In this document: one piece after another, positions 43,976 through 54,362 of the stretch
Layout of the letters: each line of letters opens with the position of its first letter
Position numbering within the stretch: position 1 is the first letter of the stretch
DNA from: Thermodesulfobacteriota bacterium
GTDB taxonomy: Bacteria; Desulfobacterota_D; UBA1144; Nemesobacterales; UBA2774
DNA: 64,000 nucleotides
Direction of reading: 5' to 3'
Assembly: GCA_963422265.1 (NCBI GenBank)
Contig: OY729416.1
Coordinates: 1,344,001 to 1,408,000, forward strand
Position numbers and translations under genes: made by a program
Notes under the pieces: generated by a model
The model's input: only the letters and a program-made list of their open reading frames with translations
Database searches by the model: none
Told to the model about the DNA's origin: nothing

Positions 43976-46900
43976 TTAAGAGATAGTTCTCGGCTTGGTA
44001 CTCTTGGTCACCTCGTGCGTGTATTGGTTTCTTCTCCGTAAGAAGGAGTCCCATTGTTTGCTTAAATAGGCGTGTAAGTCATCCAAAATAAGATAAAGGC
44101 AGGGTATTAACAACAACGTTATGATTGTGGCAAATAAAAGCCCAAATCCTAATGCTATAGCCATCGGGGCGAGAAACGCTGCCTCACCTCTAAACTTAAT
44201 CATCAGTGTTGCGAGACCCCCAAAGGTCGTGGCCGTTGTCAGTATTATTGGTCTAAATCTATGTTTAGCCGAGAGAGCTACGGCTAGCACTCTATTCATT
44301 TTCTTAAAGCGTGCGTTTATAAAGGTCATCAGCACTAGGCTGTCGTTAACAACAATCCCCAATAACGCGACGGTACCAATCAAGGCAGGCAGGGTTAGTG
44401 GCTCTCCGCGGAGCAGGACACCTATCATAACTCCTATAATAGCGAACGGAAGCACAGACATAATAATAAAGGGCTGGGTGTATGATTTAAGCATGCTTGC
44501 CAGAATTAAATAGATTAGCATTATAGATATTATAGCGGCTCTCTTTATACTCTCGAGCGATTCTCTCGTCTGCTCTTCCTCCCCGCCGAATGCGTATAGG
44601 TAGCCCTGAAAGTCAGATAGCTTCTCGTCAAGAAACGAGGATACTCCTGCATTTACTTCTGTTGCGGTGATTATCCGTTGATTTATCTCAGCCGTGATTC
44701 TTACTGATCTTTCCATATTATGACGGGATATACTTAACATGCTCGGCTCTATAGACATATCAGCCACGTTACCGAGTGGCACCCAGCCACCTTGGTCCGT
44801 TTGTATTTGATAGGACTCAAGTATCGACAGCAAGTTGCCCGAAGGTAACTCATACTTAACTATAATATCCGCCTCCTCTGTGCCCAGGCGCGTCTGGGAT
44901 ACCGTTAAACCTTCTGCGGATGCTCTTATACTTCTTGCGATAGTTCTAGTATCAAGACCATAAATAGAGGCTCTTTCTTCATCTACTTTAATGCGCAGCT
45001 CCGGTTTTCCCCATACCAGATCATCTCTTACCCCTTTTACTCCGGGGATACCTTCTAGGTACTCTTTGGTATCATTTGCGAGTTGTTTGAGGATATTAAA
45101 GTCTCCTCCTTGTATGCGTAGGTCAACTGGCTTTCCCACGGGTGGACCCTCGTTGACTATAAAGTCAACTGATGAAGGTCCTACAACCTTAGTCTCCACG
45201 CTGTTTCTTATCTCTTGCATTAATTCCTTACCGTTTTCCTCTCGTTCTTCAAAATCCTCATACTCTACTATGACAGTCGCAAGATGATCTCCAAACTCAG
45301 GCTTTTCCGACAGATACATCCCTGTCAGTGATACAGTGTCTTTTAACACGTGCTCCGGGACCACTTCCTTTACTACTTCTTCAATTTTGACTACGGATTC
45401 TTTAGTGGAGTTAATATTTGACCAAGTAGGATTTTCAATTCTAACGTAAAATTGAGCAATATCCTGTGAATAGAATAATATTTTGGGGATTTTAATGAAA
45501 ACTACTAACGTCAGAGCAAGAATCAGTATAAAGCTTAGAACGGTTACGTATCTGTGTCTAATAGCAAATATAACGGATTTCATATATTGACAACGGATTT
45601 TATGAACCCATTTTCTAGTAGGTACGTTTCTACGCTGGCTTTTTAAGAAATCGGCGCAGTGAGACGGCAGTATAATCAGGGCTTCTATAAGAGAAACCAG
45701 AAGGGCATATATAGCGACCTTAGGTATGACAGACATAAATTTCCCGATCACGCCCGTTGCGATAAGAAGCGGGATGAACGAGGCGATATTAGTGAGAATG
45801 GTCGCTACTACCGGAAGTGCAACCTCCTTTGCGCCTTTTACGGCGGAGTCTATGGGTGAATAGCCCATCTGTATGTATCTCTGTATGTTCTCGGCGACTA
45901 TAATAGCGTCGTCAACAATAATGCCCAGCACCAGAATCAAGCCGAACATGGATAGTATGTTAAGCGTTATGCCTGAGAACTGCATGAGTATGAACGCCCC
46001 AAAAAATGCCACCGGAAGCCCTATCGCCGCCATAATGGCGGATCTCAAGTCAAGAAACAAAACGAGTATAACAAGGACGATTAAAAGCCCTATTGCGCCG
46101 CTATTCACCATTGTGTTAAATCTTTGCTTTACCCAGTAAGAGCTATCGTTAGTTACGAATATTTTTAGATTATCAGGCACTCTGTTCCTGAAACTATCAA
46201 TCTCTCTTTCAATTTCTTTTACCGTTTTTATAGAGTCTGCGCCCTTTTGTTTGTTTATCCAGAAGTTTATTGCCGGAAGACCATTTACTCTTGCCATTGT
46301 CTTTACGAGTTTCTCTCCCTGCTCTACTCTTGCAATATCTTTGAGCAGCACATGCCTTCCAGTCGGGTTTTTTTTAACTGGAATATGGAGCAAATCCTGC
46401 GCTTTCTGCACTCTGCCAGTTACTCGCACAAGAAGCTCTGCGTCTCCTTGCTTCACAGCCCCTCCGGGCAGGTCGATATTTTTTCTTTCTATGGAGGACG
46501 AAACCTGTTCTAGCGTAACCTCGTATTGTTTGAGTTTTTCGGGATATATGTAAACCCAGAACGCAGGGTCTTCAATGCCCGTAGCAACGATGTTATCAAC
46601 GCCCGGCGATAGCTTGAGTTGGTTTTCTAGGACGAGCCCGTAATATCTGAGCGTTTCCCTCGGGACGCTTCCCGCTATAGCAACGCTAATAAGAGGAAAA
46701 CCGGCGGCAATCTGTTCTGTCACCGGTTCTTCCGCATCTTCAGGAAGTTGGGACCGAAGCTTCGCTACTTCCGATCTTATATCCTGGGAGAGCTTTTGTG
46801 TATCTTCTCCGACCTCTATCTCAGCTACGACGGATGAAAGCCCCTCCGAGGACTTTGAGCGTATATTTTTTACGCCGCTTAAATCGTTTATTTCCTCTTC

Positions 46901-47101
46901 AATGGGTATTGTTATCAGCTTTTCTACGTCCTCGGCGGAGGCTCCAGGAAAAGCTGTCGTTATTTTGACTAGTTCTAGCTTAATTGATGGAAATAGTTCT
47001 AGTGGAAGGCTTAAAGCGGACATAACGCCCACGACCAATATAGCAATCGTCAAAAGGTTGACAAGCACCGGATTTTTAACTGAAAATTTGGCTATATGCA
47101 T
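43976..47101 (-). CDS. RND efflux permease (AcrB/AcrD/AcrF family)
   Basis: 1041 aa; GIIVDDAIIVAENI and RFRPIILTT. Confidence 0.93.
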   Translation of the reverse strand: MHIAKFSVKNPVLVNLLTIAILVVGVMSALSLPLELFPSIKLELVKITTAFPGASAEDVEKLITIPIEEEINDLSGVKNIRSKSSEGLSSVVAEIEVGEDTQKLSQDIRSEVAKLRSQLPEDAEEPVTEQIAAGFPLISVAIAGSVPRETLRYYGLVLENQLKLSPGVDNIVATGIEDPAFWVYIYPEKLKQYEVTLEQVSSSIERKNIDLPGGAVKQGDAELLVRVTGRVQKAQDLLHIPVKKNPTGRHVLLKDIARVEQGEKLVKTMARVNGLPAINFWINKQKGADSIKTVKEIEREIDSFRNRVPDNLKIFVTNDSSYWVKQRFNTMVNSGAIGLLIVLVILVLFLDLRSAIMAAIGLPVAFFGAFILMQFSGITLNILSMFGLILVLGIIVDDAIIVAENIQRYIQMGYSPIDSAVKGAKEVALPVVATILTNIASFIPLLIATGVIGKFMSVIPKVAIYALLVSLIEALIILPSHCADFLKSQRRNVPTRKWVHKIRCQYMKSVIFAIRHRYVTVLSFILILALTLVVFIKIPKILFYSQDIAQFYVRIENPTWSNINSTKESVVKIEEVVKEVVPEHVLKDTVSLTGMYLSEKPEFGDHLATVIVEYEDFEEREENGKELMQEIRNSVETKVVGPSSVDFIVNEGPPVGKPVDLRIQGGDFNILKQLANDTKEYLEGIPGVKGVRDDLVWGKPELRIKVDEERASIYGLDTRTIARSIRASAEGLTVSQTRLGTEEADIIVKYELPSGNLLSILESYQIQTDQGGWVPLGNVADMSIEPSMLSISRHNMERSVRITAEINQRIITATEVNAGVSSFLDEKLSDFQGYLYAFGGEEEQTRESLESIKRAAIISIMLIYLILASMLKSYTQPFIIMSVLPFAIIGVMIGVLLRGEPLTLPALIGTVALLGIVVNDSLVLMTFINARFKKMNRVLAVALSAKHRFRPIILTTATTFGGLATLMIKFRGEAAFLAPMAIALGFGLLFATIITLLLIPCLYLILDDLHAYLSKQWDSFLRRRNQYTHEVTKSTKPRTIS

Positions 47102-47120
47102 TTCTGGGATATTTATTAAG

Positions 47121-48248
47121 CTAACGCATTAAGCGAACCGGCTGTCCACCAGCTAGACCGACGTGACCCTCTGTAATGATCATCGCTCCTTCTGGTATCA
47201 AACGTGCAGGGATGCAGCCTTCTTCCTCGTTGATCCACTCTACTGAGATAGGGATTTTAATAGCTTTCCCATCCTGATAAACAAATATGAAAGAGTCTTC
47301 GCTATCAGATAAAACGGTTGTTCTGGGAACAATTACAACGTCGGTTAGCAGATCTACGGGAATTTCCATAGATACTACCTCTCCAGCCAGCCAGCTATGG
47401 TTATCATTTATTATTCTGGCTTCAACCGAGTAGGTTCCTGAAAATGAGTCCATATTGGGACTAACCCCTATTATCTCGCCTTGATTCTCTTCGTTCGCCC
47501 TTGTCCTTAGCCTCACTTTCATGCCAGGCTTAATTATCCGCGCCTGACGCGGCTCGACTCCAGCTGCTACCCTTTTCTCCTTGGCGCTTGCCATTTTTAT
47601 AACAAGTTCTCCCGCTCTGACCTCCTGTCCCACGTCGGGTAGCACTTTCACAATCCGCCCTGATATTGGTGAGGCAATATTAAGGCTATCTACATCCCAC
47701 CTCATAAGATTGTATGAAGCTTTGAGAGAGTCGATCTTAGCTGATTCAGAAGCGATTTGGTTAGAGAGCGAGTCCAGAATATCGCGGGCGACAATTCCCT
47801 TTTCAACAAGTGTAAGTGACTGTTTGTGCTTTCTCTCAATCTCATTCAGATTGGCGCGGGCTGATTTAAGACGAGCTTGGGCTTCTTTGAGCTTTAGCAG
47901 CTTCCTTGAATCCTCAAGGACTATTAGGGACGCACCCTTTTGGACGCTCTGTCCGAGAGCTACCTTTTTTTCTACAACCCATCCACCCACGTCGGCTATT
48001 ACGTCTATAGTCTGTGCGTCCTCGACGCGCGCAAGGAAGCTTGACGCCTTCCAAACTTCTTGGGTTCTTATAGCCTTCTGAGCGCGCACCGGGGTCAGCT
48101 TGTTTTCAGATGCAGTGTCAAGCGTGGCAACTCGCACGAACGTCATCCGAATGTAGAGACCGATTATAAGTGCTATGAAACATATTAGGAAGCCAAAAAA
48201 CCAAACCCACTGCTTTTTTTGCCTAAACATCTTTTTTATGGATAACAT
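47121..48248 (-). CDS. RND periplasmic adaptor (membrane fusion protein)
   Basis: N-terminal anchor, lipoyl half-motifs (IASPISG), coiled coil, upstream of the RND gene. Confidence 0.88.
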   Translation of the reverse strand: MLSIKKMFRQKKQWVWFFGFLICFIALIIGLYIRMTFVRVATLDTASENKLTPVRAQKAIRTQEVWKASSFLARVEDAQTIDVIADVGGWVVEKKVALGQSVQKGASLIVLEDSRKLLKLKEAQARLKSARANLNEIERKHKQSLTLVEKGIVARDILDSLSNQIASESAKIDSLKASYNLMRWDVDSLNIASPISGRIVKVLPDVGQEVRAGELVIKMASAKEKRVAAGVEPRQARIIKPGMKVRLRTRANEENQGEIIGVSPNMDSFSGTYSVEARIINDNHSWLAGEVVSMEIPVDLLTDVVIVPRTTVLSDSEDSFIFVYQDGKAIKIPISVEWINEEEGCIPARLIPEGAMIITEGHVGLAGGQPVRLMR

Positions 48249-48394
48249 GCCTAACCTTATTTAATGAAAACTATTATAAGAGTTTAACACATGCTACGTA
48301 TTTTTATTTGCTCTCAAAACATGCAATTGATTATACTAAGATTTGTGTATAGAGTTTGTATAAATAACTAAATTTGTTAGAGGAGGAGAGCACA

Positions 48395-48700
48395 ATGGGA
48401 GGAAAGCCTATGACAAAATCTGAATTATCAAGCTACATTGCTGAAAAGACTGGTGTAACGAAAAGGACGGCGACGGCGATGCTAGATGAGTTAGCTACGA
48501 TTGTGTGTTCAGAAGCTAGGGACAGTAAGCAGTTTACTATACCGGGTATTGGCAAGCTTGTCCTTGATAACAGAAAAGCGAGAATGGGACGAAATCCTGC
48601 CACGGGGGAAGAAATAGAGATACCTGCTAAGACCGTAGTCAAATTCAGGGTAGCCAAGGCTTGTAAGGATGCGATTTTAGGCAGTGTCCCAAGCTCGTAG
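48395..48700 (+). CDS. hup: HU-family DNA-binding protein
   Basis: MTKSEL, RKARMGRNPATGEEIEIPAK; AGGAGG RBS. Confidence 0.92.
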   Translation: MGGKPMTKSELSSYIAEKTGVTKRTATAMLDELATIVCSEARDSKQFTIPGIGKLVLDNRKARMGRNPATGEEIEIPAKTVVKFRVAKACKDAILGSVPSS

Positions 48701-48956
48701 AAGGGTTGATTGTTTAACAAGCTAGGGATAGTTAGCGTGCCAACTTCCCATCAATCGCTTTTCGGACTACATTATATTGCAAGGCTGATATGGTTCAGAG
48801 GGAGCAGTTAAAAGATATGGTTGTTAAGCACGGTGTGCAAGATTATCATCCGCATTCCGAGCTCGATTCAGAACTAAATTCTTTTATAACGTAGCGGGCA
48901 AAGCGTAACATGAGCGTAGCCTAAGGGGTAGGTTCTGCCTACGGTTAGGTAGTAAT

Positions 48957-50171
48957 TTATCTTATATCAGCTCTAGCCTTTCTTAAATCTGAAATTTTAT
49001 CCAAGATTCTATCCGCTAAATCATCCTTTGACATTATAGGAAGCGCCTCTACCTTGTCTTTACCGTAAACAAAGTGAGCTATGTTAGTGTCTCCTTCAAA
49101 TCCCGCCCCTGGTTTTAGCACGTCATTGGCTACGATAATATCCGCGTTTTTTCTCTTGAGTTTATCCTTGGCGTTTTTCACCAAGTTTTCAGTCTCAACT
49201 GCAAAGCCTACCACAATCCTGCCGTTTTTGTTCCTTCCAATTTGCTCTAAGATGTCGTTTGTTTGTTTAAGCCTAAGGATGTTGTCTTTTAAATCCTTTT
49301 TGATTTTGTCTTTAGCTTTACTTACGGGCGCATAGTCGCCCACGGCCGCAGCCTTCACAACTATGGTTGACCAATTGATATGCTCCATAACTGATTCATA
49401 CATGTCATAAGAGCTTATCACGTTCACCAATTTTACGCCGTGCGGCGGTTTTAAGTTACACTTTGCTGAAACCAATACTACTTCAGCTCCCCTCCTGTAA
49501 GCCGCTTTGGCTATTGCGTATCCCATTTTTCCGCTCGATGGGTTTGATATGAATCTGACTGGATCTAGAAATTCCCTGGTCGCTCCAGCAGTAACCAATA
49601 CCTTTTCCCCCATCATATCTTTTGGCGTTAACGTTCTCTCAATTTTCCCAACTATTTCCTCTATTTCAGGAAGCCTCCCCTTTCCTTCCCATCCACAGGC
49701 AAGATAGCCCTCTTCAGACTCCACAATCATAAGCCCACGCTGTCTCAATTTGCGTATGTTCTCTTGCACTATAGGATTCTCATACATGTTCACATTCATG
49801 GACGGACAGAGAATAATGGGAGAACGGGTAGCTAGAATTATCGTTGAAAGTATGCTGTCTGCGATCCCTGAGGATAGCTTGCCGATAAAGCTCGCCGTAG
49901 CGGGGGCAACTACTATTGCATCGGCATTATCCGCAAGAGCTATGTGTCCGATTTCCGCCTCCCATTCACTATCAAATACGCTTGTCGCAACACGTTTTCC
50001 AGATAAAGTCTGAAGCGTGAGCGGGGTAATGAATTGGGTTGCATTTTGCGTCATCACTACCTGTACTGATGCTTCTTCTTTAACAAGCTGTCTCACAAGC
50101 TCGCACGATTTATAAGCGGCTATTCCACCCGTTACACCTAATATAATGTTTTTCCCACTTAGAATAGACAT
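48957..50171 (-). CDS. coaBC: Phosphopantothenoylcysteine decarboxylase/ligase
   Basis: GVTGGIAAYK, PSMNVNM, DPVRFISNPSSGKMG; likely start MSILSGK. Confidence 0.95.
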   Translation of the reverse strand: MSILSGKNIILGVTGGIAAYKSCELVRQLVKEEASVQVVMTQNATQFITPLTLQTLSGKRVATSVFDSEWEAEIGHIALADNADAIVVAPATASFIGKLSSGIADSILSTIILATRSPIILCPSMNVNMYENPIVQENIRKLRQRGLMIVESEEGYLACGWEGKGRLPEIEEIVGKIERTLTPKDMMGEKVLVTAGATREFLDPVRFISNPSSGKMGYAIAKAAYRRGAEVVLVSAKCNLKPPHGVKLVNVISSYDMYESVMEHINWSTIVVKAAAVGDYAPVSKAKDKIKKDLKDNILRLKQTNDILEQIGRNKNGRIVVGFAVETENLVKNAKDKLKRKNADIIVANDVLKPGAGFEGDTNIAHFVYGKDKVEALPIMSKDDLADRILDKISDLRKARADIR

Positions 50172-50697
50172 TGCGCTTGTATGCTCCGCTCGAGATATTA
50201 TAGGGAGTAACGGTAAATTGAGCAAACAGGCTAATTTGAGTATGGTCAATCTTCTCCCTACCGCAACGAAGCGAGACTGCCTGCCCTGCTATTACGCTTC
50301 ACTCTGAGCCTGCTTTGGAATTCCTCTTTTGTCATTCCAAATAGAGAGACGTTCCCAGGTCTCGGGCTAAAATCCACTGAGGATTTTTTCTTCTACTCGG
50401 TTGGAGAACCTGTCGAATCAGGGAGAGGGATGCAAGTTCGGATTGGAATGAGGGCGGCGCCCTAAGGCATCGGCGTGAGCCCAGCCGAACGCTTGTCGAA
50501 GGGTATCTATAAGCTATCTCTCCTAGCCATTCCTACCTAGCCTTCGCTGCTTACAACTTTGGGGGTATGCTTATTAAGCAGGCAACTGGCGACCCACTTC
50601 TTTTGCTTCCCTCTTTGATAAAGGGGGATATAGAGAGTTCAAATAGAGTTAGCTCTATAGCAAGTATCTGAGCTTTATGATAATTTATCTAGCGCTA

Positions 50698-51474
50698 ATG
50701 AGAATGAAGATTGAGTTTAGTTCAGACGACGAAGTCCGCCTTCCAATACATCATAACCATATAATACAGGGCGTTATTTACAGCTCTATTTCTTCCAAGC
50801 TGGCTAAAATGCTTCATGACAAAGGGTTTGAGTTTAATAATAGGAGGTTCAAACTTTTTACCTTTTCCAGAATCGAGGTGAATTTCAGAGTAGATAGAAA
50901 GGAAAATACTATAGTTTTTGGCTCTCCGTTCAGGCTTGTTATAAGCTCTGCCCTTAACCGGTTCATCGAAGAACTAGGAAACGAAATGCTCCGAAAAGAG
51001 CGTCTTAATATCGGAAAAAACACGGTAAGGGTCAACTCAATTGAGATCTCCAATTCTGTGCTATCGGACAAGAACAGGATAAAAATCCTCTCTCCCATAA
51101 CCATATACAGCACTCTTAAGAAAGCGGATGGGAAAAAGAAGACCTATTACTACTCGCCTTTTGAGGAAGAATTCTCTCACCTTGTCTCGGAGAATGCGAA
51201 GAAAAAGTTCAAAGCGTTTCATCAGGTGCATCCCCGAAAGCTGTTACCCAAGAACGTGAGTAAAAGCATTGAAGTAAAGAGAGCAATAAGCCTATCTCCG
51301 GTAGGCGTAAGACCCAACAATCAAAAGATAGTCAATTACAAAGGAACGATTATCAAAGGATGGATGGGAATTTATGAACTGAGCGGAGACCCCGAGCTTA
51401 TGAAGATGGTCTATGACGCCGGTCTCGGTGGCAAAAACTCACAGGGTTTTGGATGTTTTGAGGTTTTGGGGTGA
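50698..51474 (+). CDS. cas6: CRISPR-associated endoribonuclease Cas6
   Basis: FKLFTFS and C-terminal G-loop GLGGKNSQGFG. Confidence 0.95.
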   Translation: MRMKIEFSSDDEVRLPIHHNHIIQGVIYSSISSKLAKMLHDKGFEFNNRRFKLFTFSRIEVNFRVDRKENTIVFGSPFRLVISSALNRFIEELGNEMLRKERLNIGKNTVRVNSIEISNSVLSDKNRIKILSPITIYSTLKKADGKKKTYYYSPFEEEFSHLVSENAKKKFKAFHQVHPRKLLPKNVSKSIEVKRAISLSPVGVRPNNQKIVNYKGTIIKGWMGIYELSGDPELMKMVYDAGLGGKNSQGFGCFEVLG

Positions 51475-51509
51475 TAGGATTGACTATGCGGGAATGAGTA
51501 TTAGTTTTT

Positions 51510-51590
51510 ATCCAAGGGATACCTACGAGGGATTGAAACTTTGGATTGTTATAAGATTGTTCAGCATATCTACCTATAAGGAATGAATGG
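51510..51590 (+). ncRNA. CRISPR mini-array (degenerate repeat, 21-nt spacer, degenerate repeat); crRNA-like regulator of CreA/CreR type
   Basis: 51520-51539 TACCTACGAGGGATTGAAAC matches the array repeat 3' end at 18/20; 51570-51581 CTACCTATAAGG matches the repeat core; the spacer matches 51633-51649. Confidence 0.8.
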
Positions 51591-51601
51591 TCTTGACAGT
51601 T

Positions 51602-51649
51602 TTGATATGATGTTCATCTTAATTTTATGCTATTTGGATTGTTGTAAGA
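51602..51649 (+). promoter_or_regulatory. Putative sigma70 promoter with the mini-array target site
   Basis: TTGATA (51602) - 18 nt - TATGCT (51626), followed by the spacer-matching TTTGGATTGTTGTAAGA. A second TTGACA lies at 51593. Confidence 0.6.
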
Positions 51650-51684
51650 AACCTACCAAACACTAAATTGTTTAGGAGTAAACA

Positions 51685-51750
51685 ATGAAACACATAAGCG
51701 TAAAAATCGAAGAGCAAAGAGAAAAAGTTGTCACTAAGAAATCAATATAG
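51685..51750 (+). CDS. Mini-ORF MKHISVKIEEQREKVVTKKSI
   Basis: AGGAG RBS 6 nt upstream; first ORF after the targeted promoter. Confidence 0.4.
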   Translation: MKHISVKIEEQREKVVTKKSI

Positions 51751-51953
51751 ATACTCTTGCGTGCAAAATGACAGCGAAACATACGTTGATCCGACAACTC
51801 ATTGCTCTCGCAACCAACGCAGTTGTTTGCATCCCATAGGTTTACAGGGGAAGAGAAGAGGAGATGATTCAAGCAATGACAAAACCCAACAAGATGTTGA
51901 GAATAGGCTGAATGGGTGTGGATAAAATATCAGAGAAGGTTATTGTGTAAGAG

Positions 51954-53315
51954 ATGAACATGTTAGAAGAGATTATATATCAAAAATCAATGGGAAATCC
52001 ATTCATTGACGCTGGTGTGAGTGTAATGAGTCAATGGTTGGATATAAAGCCGCATGAAATTACTTCTGATGATTTAAGAAGGGTTGTAAAAGGAATTGTC
52101 CCTGTGTTTAACAATACGAGTTTTAAGAAAAGTTTATATTCTATATTTCCCAACAGTACTTTTACTAATAACTCTATAAGAGGTGATAGAAAAGCGAAAT
52201 TCATTTGTGATTGCAATAAATATATTGATGCCATTATAGTAATGCAGGACTCGGGCGATTGCCTTGGGTGTGGTAGGCGTAACTCAACCTACAAATTAGG
52301 AAAAGATAAAGTTCCTTTAACAGGAAGTGGAAAACTTGCAAATTTCTTTCCGAGTTTTGACAAGGGTGTGGGATATTGCTCAGCTTGTACTCTTGCAATC
52401 CAGTTTTCACCCTTATCATTTGTTGCCAGCGGTGGAAAATTGTTAATGCTTAGTTCTACTTCATGGCAAGCAATGGTTTCATGGACAAAAATATGCGTTA
52501 AAGACATACGAAGCAAGATGTTAAAAGGTGAAGACGTAACTTGTTATAACCCTGGATACTCTAATCCACGTAATGGCTTATTTTACATGGCAGGTGAAAT
52601 GATTAAGCTCGAGGAAGGCGGGGTAACAAATGAAGATGTGTCTATGCAGGTGTTTTATTTTACAAACTACAATCAAGGTCCGGAATTAGAAATTTTTTAT
52701 CTTCCTACACCGGCATTTAGATTTCTCCGCTATGCTAACCAAATTCAATATAAATCTGCGTGGATTAGCATTGTCAAAAGTGGCTATCAGAAAGTAAACT
52801 GGAACAAAGTAAAATTAGAAGATGATTACAAAAATAAGTATAACCTTGTTTATGAATATCTTTTACAAGAAAGGTCAATTATACAGTTCTTTCTAAATCA
52901 GAAGGAAAGAAAACAAAGAGGTGATTGGGAATTACTCTCTCTTTACTTAAAGGAGGTTAGAAATATGAGTGAAGAAAGGATTGAAGTGATTAGAAAAGTA
53001 GCTGATAAAATCGCAGATATTATAGAGAAATCTAGAAGTGATAAAAGACTAGGTCAGTTGGAAAGAGCAGGAAGCTACAGGGAGTTCCAAAACATACTTA
53101 GGTTTATTATAAAAGACAGATTAAAAAATGATGAAGATGAATGTCTTTTTACGTTGGATGAATATACAAAACATTTATTTCCTGATGGTTCACGCACATG
53201 GAAAGAGACGCAGTATTTATTATTGTTCGGAATTTACGAGACTCTTCATGAATGGCTTAAAGATAAGGGAATAATAGAAGATGAAAATACAAACCAATCA
53301 ACGGAGGAAAACTAG
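51954..53315 (+). CDS. cas8b1: Type I-B large subunit Cas8b1/Cst1
   Basis: GNPFIDAG, CxxC...CxxC zinc motifs, FTNYNQGP, position before cas7. Confidence 0.85.
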   Translation: MNMLEEIIYQKSMGNPFIDAGVSVMSQWLDIKPHEITSDDLRRVVKGIVPVFNNTSFKKSLYSIFPNSTFTNNSIRGDRKAKFICDCNKYIDAIIVMQDSGDCLGCGRRNSTYKLGKDKVPLTGSGKLANFFPSFDKGVGYCSACTLAIQFSPLSFVASGGKLLMLSSTSWQAMVSWTKICVKDIRSKMLKGEDVTCYNPGYSNPRNGLFYMAGEMIKLEEGGVTNEDVSMQVFYFTNYNQGPELEIFYLPTPAFRFLRYANQIQYKSAWISIVKSGYQKVNWNKVKLEDDYKNKYNLVYEYLLQERSIIQFFLNQKERKQRGDWELLSLYLKEVRNMSEERIEVIRKVADKIADIIEKSRSDKRLGQLERAGSYREFQNILRFIIKDRLKNDEDECLFTLDEYTKHLFPDGSRTWKETQYLLLFGIYETLHEWLKDKGIIEDENTNQSTEEN

Positions 53316-53317
53316 TT

Positions 53318-54343
53318 ATGTCTAAACATATTATTGGACTTGTACTTATAGACGCACCGTTTTCGGCTCTTAATAACGCAGGGACAGAAGCCTCTCAATC
53401 AACTGAAAACATAGTTGCTGTAAAAACATTAAGAAAGGGGCGGAATGTGTATCCCTATGTATCAGGACAGGCTTGGAGAAATTGGTGGAGGATTACTCTT
53501 GAGAAAGAACTTGTATGGAATCTTTCTCCCATTACACGGGGAACGAAAACAGCTTTTACTGCTGCAGATCCGGTGGAATATCCTGATGACGATCTTTTTG
53601 GTTATATGCGTGCGCAGTCAGAAGAGGTTCACCAAGAAGGCAAGAAGCCTAAAAAACAAAACATTACAGTTACTCGTTTATCTCCTCTCAAATGTTCTCC
53701 TCTTATCTCAATTGAGTCTCAACAGCCAACTAACGACTTTGGAGTTATGGCACGACAAGAGGACAATCCTGTTCCTTATGAACATCAATTTTATTCAACT
53801 GTCTTAAAAGGAATTTTTTCACTTGATTTAAGCGCCGTCGGCACATTTTGGAACGTTAATAAAACGGGTTACAAAAATGTCTCTGAACAATATGCCGAAA
53901 AGATCAGAGAAAACGGTGGAATACAGTCTGATGATAAAACTCATTGGATTCTGCCAAAAGATATACGGCTAAAAAGAAGCAAAGACGTAATTAAGGCTTT
54001 GTCTGTAATAAGCGGTGGGGCGAATTTAACCTCTCATCTAACGGATGTTACACCTAAGTTAATAATTCTTGGAGTAAATGAGGGTGGAAATCATCCATTT
54101 ATGCATCTGGTGGTAGAGAAACAAGGGAAAGGTGAATTTAGCATTCCAGCATTTAAGCAGGTTTTAGAAGATTATAAGGATAGGCTGGATTCTATCTACG
54201 TAGGGAGGAGAGAAGGTTTTATGGATGAGCTAGATGACTCTCTAACTAATCTCGCCAAATATAATGAACGAGTGATCTACAGTTCGCCTAATAATGTTAT
54301 TAGTGAACTGACCGAAAGCCTTGGACAATACTTAGATGGGTAG
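53318..54343 (+). CDS. cas7: Cas7/Cst2/DevR backbone subunit
   Basis: YPYVSGQAWR, DDDLFGYMRA, TRLSPLK. Confidence 0.92.
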   Translation: MSKHIIGLVLIDAPFSALNNAGTEASQSTENIVAVKTLRKGRNVYPYVSGQAWRNWWRITLEKELVWNLSPITRGTKTAFTAADPVEYPDDDLFGYMRAQSEEVHQEGKKPKKQNITVTRLSPLKCSPLISIESQQPTNDFGVMARQEDNPVPYEHQFYSTVLKGIFSLDLSAVGTFWNVNKTGYKNVSEQYAEKIRENGGIQSDDKTHWILPKDIRLKRSKDVIKALSVISGGANLTSHLTDVTPKLIILGVNEGGNHPFMHLVVEKQGKGEFSIPAFKQVLEDYKDRLDSIYVGRREGFMDELDDSLTNLAKYNERVIYSSPNNVISELTESLGQYLDG

Positions 54344-54362
54344 GTAAGAAGGCAAGTAACCA

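Noticed and set aside
48701-48956. Possible small ORF or RNA between hup and coaBC
   Set aside because: Only short ORFs without convincing RBS or motif, and no recognisable RNA structure.
130-50013. Many 60-170 aa ORFs antisense to or nested in housekeeping genes
   Set aside because: Shadow frames of well-supported genes, with no motifs of their own.
51728-51925. 65-aa ORF upstream of cas8
   Set aside because: TTG start without a clear RBS, overlaps better-supported mini-ORFs, no recognisable motif.
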